From: Eledone cirrhosa
Lineage: Eukaryota
Assembly: GCA_964016885.1 (NCBI GenBank)
Contig: OZ024741.1
Location: 117,800,001-117,864,000, forward strand
DNA length: 64,000 bases
Direction of reading: 5' to 3'
In this document: one piece after another, positions 14,045-26,599 of the stretch
Layout: each line of letters starts with the position of its first letter
Numbering within the stretch: the first letter of the stretch is position 1
Notes under the pieces: model-generated
What the model saw: only the letters and a program-made list of their open reading frames with translations
What the model was told of the DNA's origin: nothing
Database searches by the model: none
Translations under genes and position numbers: made by a program

Positions 14045-14350
14045 CTACTGTCGTGTGTTTGTGTGTATGTGTGTGTGTTTCTGTGTATGTGTGTGTGCGT
14101 GTTGCCTTTTTATGTGTCTACGATTTAGCAAGCAGCTAAAATTCTGCTTGCTTCAACCGACGCTGTCGTGTGTTTGTGTGTATGTGTGTGTATGTGTGTG
14201 TGTTATCTTTTTATGTGTCTACGGTTTAGCAAGCAGCCAAAATTCTGCTTGCTTCAACCGACGCTGTCGAGTGTTTGTGTGTATGTGTGTGTGTGTGTGT
14301 GTTATCTTTTTATGTATCTACGATTTAGTAAGCAGCCAAAATTCTGCATC
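14045..14350. repeat. About 3 tandem copies of a ~100-bp unit containing (GT)n
   Basis: tacg.tttag.aagcagc.aaaattctgc recurs at ~14119, 14220 and 14318. Confidence 0.85.
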
Positions 14351-14478
14351 GACTTCAACTAGAAATTGATTGACATATATATATATATCTAAATAAACAT
14401 ATGAAACAATCACAGGGAATAATTTGTACAGTGGATATGGCGCATGTCTCTCGGACATGACACCCTTAATTTAATTTT

Positions 14479-14562
<84 letters not shown>

Positions 14563-14637
14563 TTACACACATTTCTAATTGAAAGCCATCACTACCGTAT
14601 AATATTTCTTCGCGGTGTGTGTGTGAGAGAGAGTACA

Positions 14638-14694
<57 letters not shown>

Positions 14695-14696
<2 letters not shown>

Positions 14697-14885
14697 TGGC
14701 TGCCAACTCGTTTTCGAGTACGGCCACTACTTTATATCCATGTAGGAGAACCCCTACCGATGCGCTGAACGAGTGTTACTTTTTAGTCCAGCCAGCGACT
14801 TGAAAACCCTGGTACAAACACTACACTTGTGACAATTATTGACACATAGTGCTGGGCCCATGGTACCATGTATGACAAGTGCAAA
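14695..14885 (-). mobile_element. RTE LINE 3' end with C2H2-like zinc finger
   Basis: CSVCTRVFKSLAGLKSNTRSAH, then a gcagccaccat(at)n tail like those at 28210 and 28628. Confidence 0.6.
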
Positions 14886-15098
14886 GAGATATCCATATAT
14901 ATATATATATATACATACACACACGTGTGTATGTGTGCAATTGTATTGATCTGTCTGTGTGTGTATGTGCTTAGTCAATATATATATATTGACTAAGCAC
15001 ATACACATACAGACAGATCGATACATTTGCACACATATACTCTCTCTTTCTCTCTCTCTCACTCTCCCTCTCACACACAGACACGCACACGCACACGC

Positions 15099-15173
<75 letters not shown>

Positions 15174-15559
15174 ACGCACCACGAAAAAAATTTATTCATA
15201 CACATATTTTCCAAAAATAACCCCCCTTTCCAAATTCCTGGTTGAAAGCCATCACTAATACTATACTCTTTTTTTTTTATTACCCACCACAAAAAGACCT
15301 GTGACAAACAAACAAACTAAAACATACATACACACACACAACTACAAAAACAAAAAAATACATAAGAGTGTATTGAAGTTTGCTTGAAGCATTGTGGAAT
15401 GATAAAAAATATTTTTTTGTCGTTTTGGAAGCCTCAACAATGCAGATGGATAAATCTCAGGGTAACAGAATCCGGTGGTGAAGAGAGAGATGTAAGGGAA
15501 TGTAGAATGAGATGTATAGTGTGTAGAGGAACGTAGGAAAGAGCGTAAAAAATAAAAAT

Positions 15560-15745
15560 AATTGTTTCTACGTTTGGCACAAGGCCAGCAATTACTCAGT
15601 ACATTACTGCTACTTTATTTTATTGACCCCGTAAGTATGAAAGGCAAAGTTGACCTCGGCGGGATTTGAACTCAGAATGGAAAGGGCCGTAACTCTATGC
15701 GTTAAAGCATGGTGTCCGACTCTCTACCGATACTACCACTCCACC
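15560..15745 (-). mobile_element. tRNA-derived SINE
   Basis: Reverse complement of the SINE at 16275; a second partial copy follows at 15755-15868. Confidence 0.85.
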
Positions 15746-16274
15746 ATAAAATAATTGTTTCTACTTTTGAAACAAAGTCAGCAATTACCCAGTGCATTAC
15801 TTGTACTTTATTTTATCGACCCCGTAAGGATGAAAGGCAAAGTTAACCTCAGCGGGATTTGAACTCACCATAAAAATAACACGAGATAGAGTTACCTTAA
15901 AACCAGTACATATAGTACAATAAATTGACAGCTAATGCCATCCCACTCCCACTATAAAAAGGAGCTGCTTTGACCTTTGCTTGGCCGCACCTATTCCGCG
16001 CGCATGTGCGCTCTACAGAATACCTCAGTTACACACAGACAGCGGACAACAGAGGCCACGTACCTTTCCTCTCCGACAGATAACTTTCCTCCCCGGAAAA
16101 CCCCCCAGTTGATGGATGCGAAATCCGAAATATAGGGACAATTAAATCTCTCCCAAGGTAACTATATCTCGCGACCGAGTGTCCGAGGCGGCCGGTACGT
16201 TCACTGTGAAAAAATTAGAGTGCTCAGAGCGAGCCGCACTAGCTTGCATACGAAAAGCATGGAATGATGGAAAA

Positions 16275-16460
16275 GGTGGATTGGCAGTATAGGTAGAGGG
16301 TCGGACGCCATGCTTTCCAGCATAGTTACGTCCCTTTACGATCTGAGTTCAAATCCCGCCGAGGTTAACTTTGCCTTTCATCCTTACGGGGTCGATAAAA
16401 TAAAGTACCAGTAATGCACTGGGTAATTGCTGGCCTTGTGCCTAAAGTAGAAACAATTAT
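16275..16460 (+). mobile_element. tRNA-derived SINE
   Basis: Pol III A box tggcagtatagg and B box gagttcaaatcc; core gcctttcatccttacggggtcgataaaataaagtaccag; AT-rich tail. Confidence 0.9.
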
Positions 16461-16776
16461 TTTTATTTTTCTACGCTCTTTCCTACGTTCTTCTACACAC
16501 TATACATGTCATTCTACATTCCCTTACATCTCTATCTTACCCACCGGATTCTGTTACCCGGAGATTTACCCATCTGCATTGTTGAGGCTTCCAAAACGAC
16601 GCAGTACATGCGTTATAGAATATTGAGTTGATCAATTGCGTCGGTTGAAGCAAGCAGAATTTTGGCTGCTTACTAAAACGTAGACACATAAACAGATAAC
16701 ACACACACACACAGGACTGTAGACAATATTAACATACGTCTAGATCGTTCATCAGATAGAAAGGTTATCATAACCT

Positions 16777-16844
16777 CTCTGTCTGAGGAGCGATCTAGAT
16801 GTATGTTAATATTGTCTAGAGTCCTGAAACCTTTGGTAATGGAG
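16777..16844 (+). ncRNA. Type I hammerhead ribozyme motif
   Basis: ctctgt-CTGAGGA-g..tctaga..tctaga..t-GAAA-cctttgg-TA-atggag; stem I is 6 bp including wobble pairs. Confidence 0.65.
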
Positions 16845-17015
16845 TAGTTATATATTGTGTTGTTCACTTTCTAATATATATATATATGAATGTATATATA
16901 ATGTATTTTGCAATACACTGTATGCTTAATTAAAAGCATTTCGAAGACCTTACGCTATTGTTTTAGATTAGTGACTATGTCACTTACTTTAATTTTCAGC
17001 AAACAGGGGAGATAA

Positions 17016-17060
17016 AGCTGACAGAGCTCTGTTTCGCACTTTTTGGTGCTTATCAAAGCT
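17016..17060 (-). ncRNA. Type I hammerhead ribozyme, U3-A8 core variant
   Basis: agct-TTGATAA-gcac caaaaa gtgc-GAAA-cagagctctg-TC-agct. Confidence 0.75.
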
Positions 17061-17334
17061 AAGTACTCCGTCTGTTTGCTGAAAATCATGAATGTTTGAT
17101 TCTTATAGAATTCTAGTAATAATCAGGAACTGATTATACAGAGCGGTTGCCGGTCAAGCTGAAATTGAAAATTAGAATTGGTGCTCTGAAATAGCGATAT
17201 ATATATGAATGTATACATAGTGTATTTTGCAATACACTGTATGCTTAATTAAAAGCATTTCGAAGACCTTACGCTATTGTTTTAGAGTAGTGACAGTCTC
17301 ACTTACTTTAATTTTCAGCAAACAGGGGAGATAA

Positions 17335-17379
17335 AGCTGACAGAGCTCTGTTTCGCACTTTTTGGTGCTTATCAAAGCT
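17335..17379 (-). ncRNA. Type I hammerhead ribozyme, U3-A8 core variant (tandem copy)
   Basis: Identical to 17016-17060, 319 bp away. Confidence 0.75.
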
Positions 17380-17644
17380 AAGTACTCCGTCTGTTTGCTG
17401 AAAATCATGAATGTTTGATTCTTATAGAATTCTAGTAATAATAAGCACCAAAAAGTGCGAAACAGAGCTCTGTCAGCTTTATCTCCCCTGTTTGCTGAAA
17501 ATTAAAGTAAGTGACAGTGTATTGCAAAATACACTATATATACATTCATATATATATCGCTATTTCAGAGCACCAATTCTAATTTTCAATTTCTGCTTGA
17601 CCGGCAACCGCTCTGTATAATCAGTTCCTGATTATTACTAGAAT

Positions 17645-19320
17645 CCAAAAAAGCGAAGTTCACACAGTTTGACATTGTCGATTTTTACCCGTCGATCTCA
17701 GAGACCCTGTTAAACAAAGCGTTGGACTTCGCTACCACTTATACCACCGTCGATGGTTTAGACAAGGAAATCATCGCTCACTGCCGGAAAACCCTCCTCT
17801 TCAACGACGGAGTAGCCTGAGCAAAGAAGTCTACATCTTCAGACCTGTTCGACGTCTCTATGGGATCGTTTGACAGTGCTGACGTATGTGACTTGGTTGG
17901 CCTTTTTATCTTAGACATATTACGTGTTAGATTCCCGGACTTCCACGCGGGAATATACCGTGACGATGGACTGACTTTATCGAGCCATAAAAGTGGTCAC
18001 GACCTCGACCGGTTTAAAAAAGACTTAGCTTCTACCTTCAATGAGTTAGGTCTTAGGATAACAGTAGCCACCAACCTCTCTAGCGTAGATTTTTTAGACA
18101 TTAATTTAGACCTTCGCACACACACCCACATACCCTTCCATAAGCTAAACGAGAAACTTAATTACATTCACAAGGACTCATGCCACCCTCTCACTGTTTT
18201 TAGAAACTTCGTGAAGAATATCAGTACTAGAATCTCAAACCTCTCCTCTAATAAGGCTATCTTTGACAGGGCGGCACCCTACTATAACACGGCGTTGGCT
18301 AACAGCGGCTTCTCACAACCTATCACCTACTCTTCCACTAGCAACAACACTATTAAGAAAAGTAAGCGCATCAATAGACAAACTATCTGGTTTTCTCCTC
18401 CCTTCTCACTCAACGTTAAAACCAATGTAGGAAAAAAAATTCTAGCCCTCTTAGATAGACACTTCCCCATAGGTCATAAATACCGCTCCATCTTTAACCG
18501 ACACAAAGTTAAACTAGGATACTCCTGCGCTAAGAACATGAAGGCCCACATCACCAGCAGCCCTAGGAGCAACACCCCACCAGGGTGCTCTTGCCGTAAG
18601 CCCGAAGCTTGCCCCCTTCAACAACAATGCAACACACCAGTTGTAATCTATGAAGCTGTGGTCACTTCCAACCGACGAAACGAACCACAGGAGGTCAAAT
18701 CTATGTGGGCATGGCGGAGGGCCGATTCAAGGAGCGTTTCCTGAACCACCAGTCTACCTTCAGATACCCGGACAGACGTTCATCCACGAAACTCGCGAGC
18801 CGTGTATGGTCCCTCAAGGACTCAAGTATAGGGTACTCCATTCAATGGAAAGCCATCACTAAGTCCAAGCCATACGCAAGGGGAAATCCGATGTGTAGCT
18901 TATGTATTGACGAACGAATAACTATCCTAAAGAGATTACGCAATAGTGATTGCCTAAACACGAGAAGTGAATTTTCCACACGTTGTCCACACGTCGCCAA
19001 ACATATATTGCATAACTACAATGCTCCGGACTGATTCTTTGTAATTTTATTTTTTATTTTTTTATTTTATTTTCAACCAAAAAAACTTTCCGGACTTTCG
19101 CAGTTATCTCCCTTACACCCCCCCCCCCCCCGCACGCAGTCTAGTATTGCCTGTGTGAAGTGACCGAGTTTCTGCGCATGCGCGTTCGTACGGTTGTCCT
19201 TCCTGTTCCTATAACCATACACATCCCGAGCTGAAGATTCGTGAAGGTGAAACAATTGTTCTTGGTATGGTGAACTAATTGTTGTGTAACCACTTCTACC
19301 TAACTCGTCCCTTGGACTGA
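17645..19320 (+). mobile_element. Penelope-like retroelement (Naiad-like), 5'-truncated; RT and GIY-YIG ORF ending at 19034, with one stop and one frameshift, followed by a pLTR
   Basis: FDIVDFYPSI, MGSFDSADVCDLVG, YRDDGL, IWFSPPFS, CSCRKPEAC (CxCx5C), VIYEA..GMAEGRFKERF, CSLCIDE, RSEFSTRCPH. Confidence 0.92.
19226..19265 (+). ncRNA. Minimal type I hammerhead in the Penelope pLTR
   Basis: ccgag-CTGAAGA-ttcgtgaaggt-GAAA-caattg-TT-cttgg, about 190 bp after the PLE stop codon. Confidence 0.8.
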
Positions 19321-19915
19321 GTGCTCTATCACTACGGATATTACCTTCCAGTGTTCCACCACTATATATATATATATATATATATAAATGGCTTCTACAG
19401 GGATACACACATATATATATGTGTGTGTGTATGTGGCTATCTGTTCTCTTTTGTGCCTTCTCTTCTTTTGATCTTAATCAGTTACTCCATCTTGTCATTT
19501 TTTTTTTGTTTTTTCGAGAATCGTGTCTGCTCATGCTCCTTCCCCTGTGTATGTGTACCCACGCTCGTCATGTCCCATGTGCGCCCTACGTGTGCGCGTA
19601 GTCATGCTTCCTTCACTGCTTGTGACTTTTTCTTTTTTTTACCTCTTCAATCTTCAGTCGTTAGGTTGCGAGCTGTCACTATTCCACTTGTGCTTTCTGC
19701 CTAGGCCAAGTCTATCTTCCACTGTGTTTGGCCTCCGCACTCTGTCCGAGTGCTGTGTCAGTTCTCTGCGTAACAGTATTTTTTTTCTTCTATGTTATCC
19801 ATTAAGCCTCCGCGTACCAGTCTGGCGTACCGGTATAGCACTGATGAGCTAAACCGCCACTTTGGATATTTTATATCAGGCTACTTTCTATTAAGCAAAG
19901 ATGTTTAGTAATATA

Positions 19916-19994
19916 CAAAGTGTCCCCCAAAATATATACACACATCAACAGCATTCAAAATAAATATGTGTATACATTTTGGAGGGACACCCTG
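19916..19994. mobile_element. Tiny Tc1/mariner-type MITE
   Basis: TA|caaagtgtcccccaaaatatatacaca ... tgtgtatacattttggagggacaccctg|TA: imperfect TIRs and a TA target duplication. Confidence 0.7.
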
Positions 19995-20559
19995 TATTTA
20001 TTGATCGCAGAAAATTATTATATATTTAATTTAATTACATAAATTTGTATAAAACTCTGAGCTCTGGATCCTAAGCGACTGCCTATTGGCAGAGCCAACC
20101 TTTGCAAACCTTATTTAAGTCATATACTATTGTCTTCTAAAAAGTCTGGGTTACCTACACATAGGAAAAAGACGAGATGATTGTAATTAGAATGCCTTTG
20201 ATCGTAGGTTTTCTCAATTTTAGTAAATTTCTCTAAATTCTTCATTAATTAATTAAAATACAGCATATTTCATTAGAAATATAGTCGCAAAAATTAAAAA
20301 TAAGAAAGGATTTGAACTTTGAGTGTAGACTATAAGAGAAAAAATATATGTGTATAAATATAAATGTTTCAGTACCTTGATTTAGAGGCGAATTCCCCAT
20401 TACTGTTATCCATGGTAGATATAGAAATATAATGAAATTCATATCAGTCAAATCTGATGCAACCGAGACGTCTTCTGACTATATATAGTACGACATCATT
20501 TAGCGAAAACTTATCTCTAATTCAGGTTAATATATTGAAATTTTGTTTTAAAATGTAAC

Positions 20560-21440
20560 ACGATCTTTGTGTCCTCCAACCATCATTTCTCCACCCACAC
20601 ACCTTGATTTTTCTCTTCATGTGAAACTTGAAAAAGTTAATCACAGCTTTAGTGATAATGAAAGTGCCTGGCTCCAACCCTTTTAATCTCGCCCACTACA
20701 CAACCACTTTTGCTATGGCCACCTAGCAGATGAAAACTGCCTTTTCTTCACGACTAAAGGAAGGGTGGCAAGGCTGTCTTGATGGTAGACTCAGCTGATA
20801 TCTTATCTGGATCTGTCCTACACGCGTCAGCAAGAATTCGATATAGATCCACAAGCCAGCAATGTTCAGGCTCTGGACAATAGAGTGCTGACGATTTCGT
20901 TGCCCTGCACCCATCACAGACAGGTTCGGCTAACGGTACTTCCTTACCTGTAGAACTTCGAGCCGACAATGCCCGCACCCTCGGTAGCATTTCCAAGCCA
21001 GTGGTTTCTGGAAGTTGTCCATCGATCCCGAGCTGAAAGTTCTCCACAAGAGAGCGGCTAGTTGATCGTCTTCGACTCCCACATTCTCCTCAAGAACGTC
21101 ATCGCTATTCCCCGCCACAAGTCTTCAATAGGATACCAAAAGCGATTCCACTGATCGCAGTGCCCAACTGGTAGTGGTATGTAAGAGCTTAAAGACATTT
21201 CAATTTCTAGGCACTCCCACTCGGTTTTTGCTTGACTCAGAACTGCAGGTCTGTCAAGGAGACGAGCGAAGGAAACACATATTTGGCGAACAGTGACCAC
21301 ACCTATTCACCGTCAAGGAAACGCTGGAGATGTCGATGTTGACAGCAGATGGGCCGTCTAACTACTGGAACGCGTCCCTATCACAAAATGTGAAAGAGTT
21401 GGTGCTTTATTGCAATCGAACATGGACGGCGCAAGTTACG
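20560..21440 (-). mobile_element. Tx1-clade LINE ORF2 C-terminal fragment
   Basis: NFQKPLAWKCYRG, LWIYIEFLLTRVG, SAESTIK, FSREEKAVFIC; similar to the 3' part of the element at 5140-9140. Confidence 0.7.
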
Positions 21441-21464
21441 ATGGTCAGGCGGCAATAATAATAA

Positions 21465-21645
21465 TAATTGTTTCTACATTTGGCACAAGGCCAGCAATCA
21501 CCCAGTACATTACTGGTACTTTATTTTATCGACCCCATAAGGATGAAAGGCAAAATTAACCTCGGCGGGATTTGAACTCAGATCGTAAAGGGACATAACT
21601 ATGCTAGAAAGCATGGCGTCCAACGCTCTACCGATACTGCCAAAA
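21465..21645 (-). mobile_element. tRNA-derived SINE
   Basis: Same family as 16275; another copy at ~21810-22025 (-). Confidence 0.85.
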
Positions 21646-24554
21646 TGTTTTCTTGATATAAGAACAATTGAACTAAGTGAATCTATAAAATAATGTAGAT
21701 TATGAAATAACTTGTTGGGTCTTGTATTTGAACACCAAAAATGTTCTTGTCATGTAACAAAGAATACTAAATTTCAGCATTTTTCTACATTTCCGTCTAA
21801 GGTAAAATAGTTTCTGATTTAAGCACAAAGCCAACAATTTGGTGGAAGAGAAAAGTCAATTAAATCGACCCCAGTACATCACTGGTACTTCATTTTATCG
21901 ACCCTGTAAGGTGAAAGGCAAAGCTAACCTCGACAGGATTTGAACTCAGAACGTAATGGTACGTAACTATAAACCACAAAGCATGTTGTCAGCCACTCTA
22001 CCAATACTGCCAATCCACTGCCCTTGACTAAGCTAAAATGGTAATGTAGTTCAGCACAATGCTCAAAACGTCTTGTAACAGCAACTTCGATTGAGAGTCA
22101 TTTTGTTGTAGAAATCAACACAAACTTTAATGCTAACTTACAGCCATTTATTGAGGCAAATAATTCTTTCTTTTTTGCTTAGTGTGCAGAAGAATTCGTA
22201 ATCGTAATGCCAGGTGTGGCGATAGACAAATAATATCAGCAATGGAAAAAATCAATGGAAACAATGTTTCTTTGGTTCAATCTATCGATCAGCTCCTTTC
22301 CCTTAGTTCAATTATTTCTAAACCAGAAAAAAACAAAGCAAGATGAGTGTCTTCCGGATTTTGTAGACCCAAACCCTGCCTTGCAGAAAATGAAATACGT
22401 GAAAGACAGTACATTTTTCATCGAAGTTTTTGCTGCAATTAGAGTAGTGATTATTAGATAATTTCAAAGTTTTAGAATCCATAAAGTATTTTGTTTGGTT
22501 TGTCTGAGTGTCTTAAATCTATCAAACCTGCAGTTTTAAACATTACAAAATATTTTTTTTTTTTAGAAAATGGAGAGAACATAACTAAAATAAACTTGCA
22601 GTGGAAGCAGTTACGGAGTGTTTAGTATACGATTTCATTTTAGAATGAAGTTTCTTTGTATAGAAAGTTTGCTGGGCAAAACTTGCTCAAAAAGCAATTT
22701 AGCATTAAAACGTCTTATGCCTTATGCGTCTTATCCAAATGCTTATTTGAACGTGTTATACAAATGCTTATCCGAAAAGACTTTTAACGCCGTTAATACT
22801 ATTCATTCAAAATCGCACAATAAGCCTCTTTCGTCTTATCTCTATTGAGTTATATGTTTAAGATGTAATCATTAACTTATCATGCCACTAGCACTAAAGA
22901 GGTTGTGATGTCCATGGCAACACAAAAGAGATTTCTCTACTCTACATTATCAACCACATTGCAGAGTGTATTTTACCTTTGAAAGAAGTTTTATCCGTAA
23001 AATATGATTTAAAGCGTAATGGTGAATGCTGCTTTCGATAATTTTTTTTATCGAACCGGTATGTTACAGGACACAAAGACAAACAAACGTAAACACAGAC
23101 ACACTAGCGTTGTGGTTGATGTTTCAAGAAGGCTGAATCGATCACTATGTGGTCTATGTGAAGGTGTTCGTTGTGACGTTTTCTATGGGTGCATCTGTGT
23201 GTGTGTGGATGTGATGATGCCCGTAATGTCAGCTTAAAAGTACAATCATCAACAAACAGAAGCCACAAATAAACAATACATGTATGGAGCAGAGTGGCTT
23301 CTATGGCTGTTCCACGCATGCGCAATCCAGACACGTGGACCAGTTAACGAAGAACATACCGTTCGTTTTTGTTTTGCATCGTTTTATTTTTATTTTGATG
23401 GGGGGGGGGGGGGGGAATCCCTAAAACATTATGTTGAAATATATTGAGTAAGAAAAATATTACTTTGTTTTGTTCTATCTGTAAATCTGTCATCATTTGC
23501 CCTTTATGTCTACCGCATTGTACCAGCTTTCTGAAATACTTATCAATCATTTTCCGAATATACGTGTTTCTCTGAGTAAAATTGACCCAGTCAGATTCCC
23601 AGTTCGGACATCTTAGAAGGGTTGTATTGTTTAATTCTTTCTTCATAAAAAGTTCCAAAGAAAGCAGTAATAATTATTAGGGGTTCGTGTAGAAGGAGTG
23701 AAAATCATGTAATCTATGCACAGACGAAAGATGGAACATCGTAAACAATTACATTCCACGAATAATTGTCTACATATGAGAACAGATTTTTTAAACCGCT
23801 GCCCACACATGTCCAAATATATGCTTAAAACTGGAAACATCCGGACTAAGAACCGCTCACAAACAGACCACAGTTAACTCTCCTCACTAAGAACACTTAG
23901 CTTCTATAAACCCTTCAATATGAAAATTCTCGCTAATTAACATCCAGTAAGCCACCTAAGTTAGCCTCCTCAGACACATGCGCCTCACCCACCCACACCC
24001 TCCTATAAATTTCTACCTTATTAGATCGAAACCTTATAGCTTCAATAACTCTCTCTCCTCATGACATATAAGTATGAAATAAGTTAGTTCCCATAATCTG
24101 CCATTCTAACAAAATGGGTTACCTACCCATTTCATGCTTTAAAGAAGATTTTATTGAAATAGATAGATTGCACGCGCTTGTGGGCATGTGTGTGTATGTG
24201 TGTGCATGCGTGTGTATGTGTGTGTGAATGTGTGTATGTCTGTGTGCATGTGTGTATGTGCATGTGTGCGTGTATGAGGGTGTGTGCGTGTATGAGGATG
24301 TGTGTGTGTGTGTGTGTGAGGATGTGTGGGTGCAAGGGGTGAGAGCGAGAAAGAATCAGAGAAAGAAAGAAAGAAAAAGAAAGAAAAAAAGAAGGAAAGT
24401 GATAATGCGGATGAGTAATTGATTGGTAAATAGGTAGACGACCGTAAGAAAGAAAACATGATACCTGGAGTGTTGAAAGAAGATCAACTAATAGACAAGT
24501 TCTCTGTCGTGAGCCTACTACAGTTAATGTATGTTTCTCTGCCTGCCTGATTAT

Positions 24555-24970
24555 CTAGGTAGGTAGGCTGATAGGCTGGTAGGTTGGTAGACAGGTAGGT
24601 AGGTAGGTAGGTAGGTAGGTAGGTAGGTAGGTAGGTAGGCTGATAGGCTGGTAGGTTGGTAGACAGGTAGGTAGGTAGGTAGGTAGGTAGGTAGGTAGGC
24701 TGATAGGCTGGTAGGTTGGTAGACAGGTAGGTAGGTTGGTAGGTAGGCAGGTAGGTATGTTGGTAGGTAGGTCGGTAGGTAGGTTGGTTGGTAGACAGGT
24801 AGGTAGGCAGGTCGATAGGTAAGTAGGTTGGCTGGTAGCAGGTTGGTATGTAGATAATTAGGTAGGTCCCGGTTCGTTGGCAGGTAGATAGGTTGGTAGG
24901 GTGGTAGGTAGGTAAGTAGCTTGGTAGGTAGGCAGACATGCAGGCAACTATGTAAGTGGGTAGGTAGGAA
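24555..24970. repeat. Degenerate (TAGG)n microsatellite with higher-order ~60-bp repeats
   Basis: Direct reading; source of the PTYL ORF. Confidence 0.93.
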
Positions 24971-25421
24971 GGGTGGTAGACTAGTAGTTACATACGTATG
25001 TGTGTATTAATATGTATTTATTATGTATGTATGTTCTTCTGGTTTTATAATTTTATAAACTTTTTACCAATAGAGAAAGTCAGTTTCTAACAAGACTCTC
25101 TCATTGGAATTTAAACAACATCAGCTAGGTGGGTATGTATGCATGTGTGTGTGTGTACAGGTATGGATGTTATTGTATGTGTGGATGTGGATGTTTTGAG
25201 TTATATGTGTGCATGTGCATATGCTTTGTATCTGTATATGTGTACATGTAAAATTTTTGGAACGTTTTACATATTTTTACTGTTCCATTAATGAATTGTA
25301 CTTGTAATTGTCTAACTAGTTGTGTTCTTTTTCTTTCTGTGAAGCACAGCTGCTCAAGATTTGTACTGGGGGAGTTACTAACATATCCTAGTGCCCTAAT
25401 AAGAATGTATGTATGTTATTA

Positions 25422-25610
25422 TGTCGGTGGATTGGCAGTATCGGTAGAGGGTCGGACGCCATGCTTTCCAGCATAGTTACGTCCCTTTACGATCTGGGTT
25501 CAAATCCCGCCGAGGTTGACTTTGCCTTTCATTCTTACGGGGTCGATAAAATAAAGTACCAGTAATGCACTGGGTAATTGCTGGCCTTGTGCCTAACGTA
25601 GAAACAATTA
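25422..25610 (+). mobile_element. tRNA-derived SINE
   Basis: Near-identical to 16275-16460. Confidence 0.9.
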
Positions 25611-26599
25611 TGTCAGGTCGCTCTTGAGTGCTACTGGTAACATGTAACCCAGTACAATCTGTCGCATGGTCGGGTCGTCGGCGACTAAACAGGAAAGCCC
25701 ACCAAGCTTCCTTGGTGAGGAGGGTGATTTTGTCACACTGCTGGACAAAAAACAAAACCTGACAAAGGGTGGAGGAACTTTAGAGAGTCGAGGGCCATCC
25801 AAAAGTGTATAAATATGTATATATTGTGAGGTTGGATGTGGGTTTGTTTGCACGCTTGCCTGTCAGTGCATGTATATATATTTGATAAAAATGTTGTTTT
25901 TTTAACTTTAAAAAAGATGTTTTTTAAAAAAATCTTTCAAATCCCTTTAAAACCTATTAAAAAACTTTAAAAACTTTTAAATAATTATTTTTTTTATTTA
26001 CATTTTAACTTTCAAATGGGTCTAGAGTCCTTGGTCGACGTTTATGAAAAAAATCAGAATATTGCAAATCATTTACAGGTGTGGTGGCCCGCAGAAGGGT
26101 AAAAAGAAAATCCACTGGGAGTGAAGGACCCCGAGCTGTTGTTACAGTATCTTTCTAAAAGAGGGAAACTTTGAAATAAAACATGTGGTTGATGTGATTA
26201 CTGGTCATCTGGCTTAGGCTTGTCACCAGACAATAATCACTGAAACTTAGAGAGTGGTGCTCGTGTAGTACAAGCGCTTGCCACTATAATCCAATGATGT
26301 ACAGATGTCTTTTTTGTGATCTCATCTGTCATTTTATCTGCTGAAAGTCCTATAGCGATGGAGGAGTGGTGATATGTGCAAACTTGACAACTTGGAAACA
26401 CAGTTGCAAATCTTCACATAGGCAACAGGGGTCTTATTATAACATCGTTGTTATGTCTTCCAGTGACAGGGGCTAACTCCAGTGAAGACTCCTGTGTCTG
26501 AGCAGCCTTATTAGGGAGAGCGCTGCTCACCCAAATTCTTGGGAAGGTGCTAGAAAAGGTGCATTGATAATTTCCTGTCACATCAACGTTGGGTAGTTT

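Larger units (their letters stand above)
16872..17645. mobile_element. Non-coding element: ~319-bp unit in ~1.75 tandem copies plus inverted segments (pLTR/retrozyme-like)
   Basis: Direct repeat 16872-17190 / 17195-17440; 17441-17645 is a patchwork reverse complement of 17108-17374. Confidence 0.8.

Noticed and set aside
16275-16360. tRNA genes at the A/B-box motifs (also 25422, 60875)
   Set aside because: No cloverleaf, the boxes are widely spaced, and they are always attached to the same SINE core and tail.
17818-17820. In-frame TGA in a Naiad-like Penelope ORF as selenocysteine
   Set aside because: It falls in LLFNDGVA*AKK, where related RTs usually have Trp rather than Cys. The conserved Cys codons are TGY and the ORF also has a frameshift, so nonsense decay is more likely.
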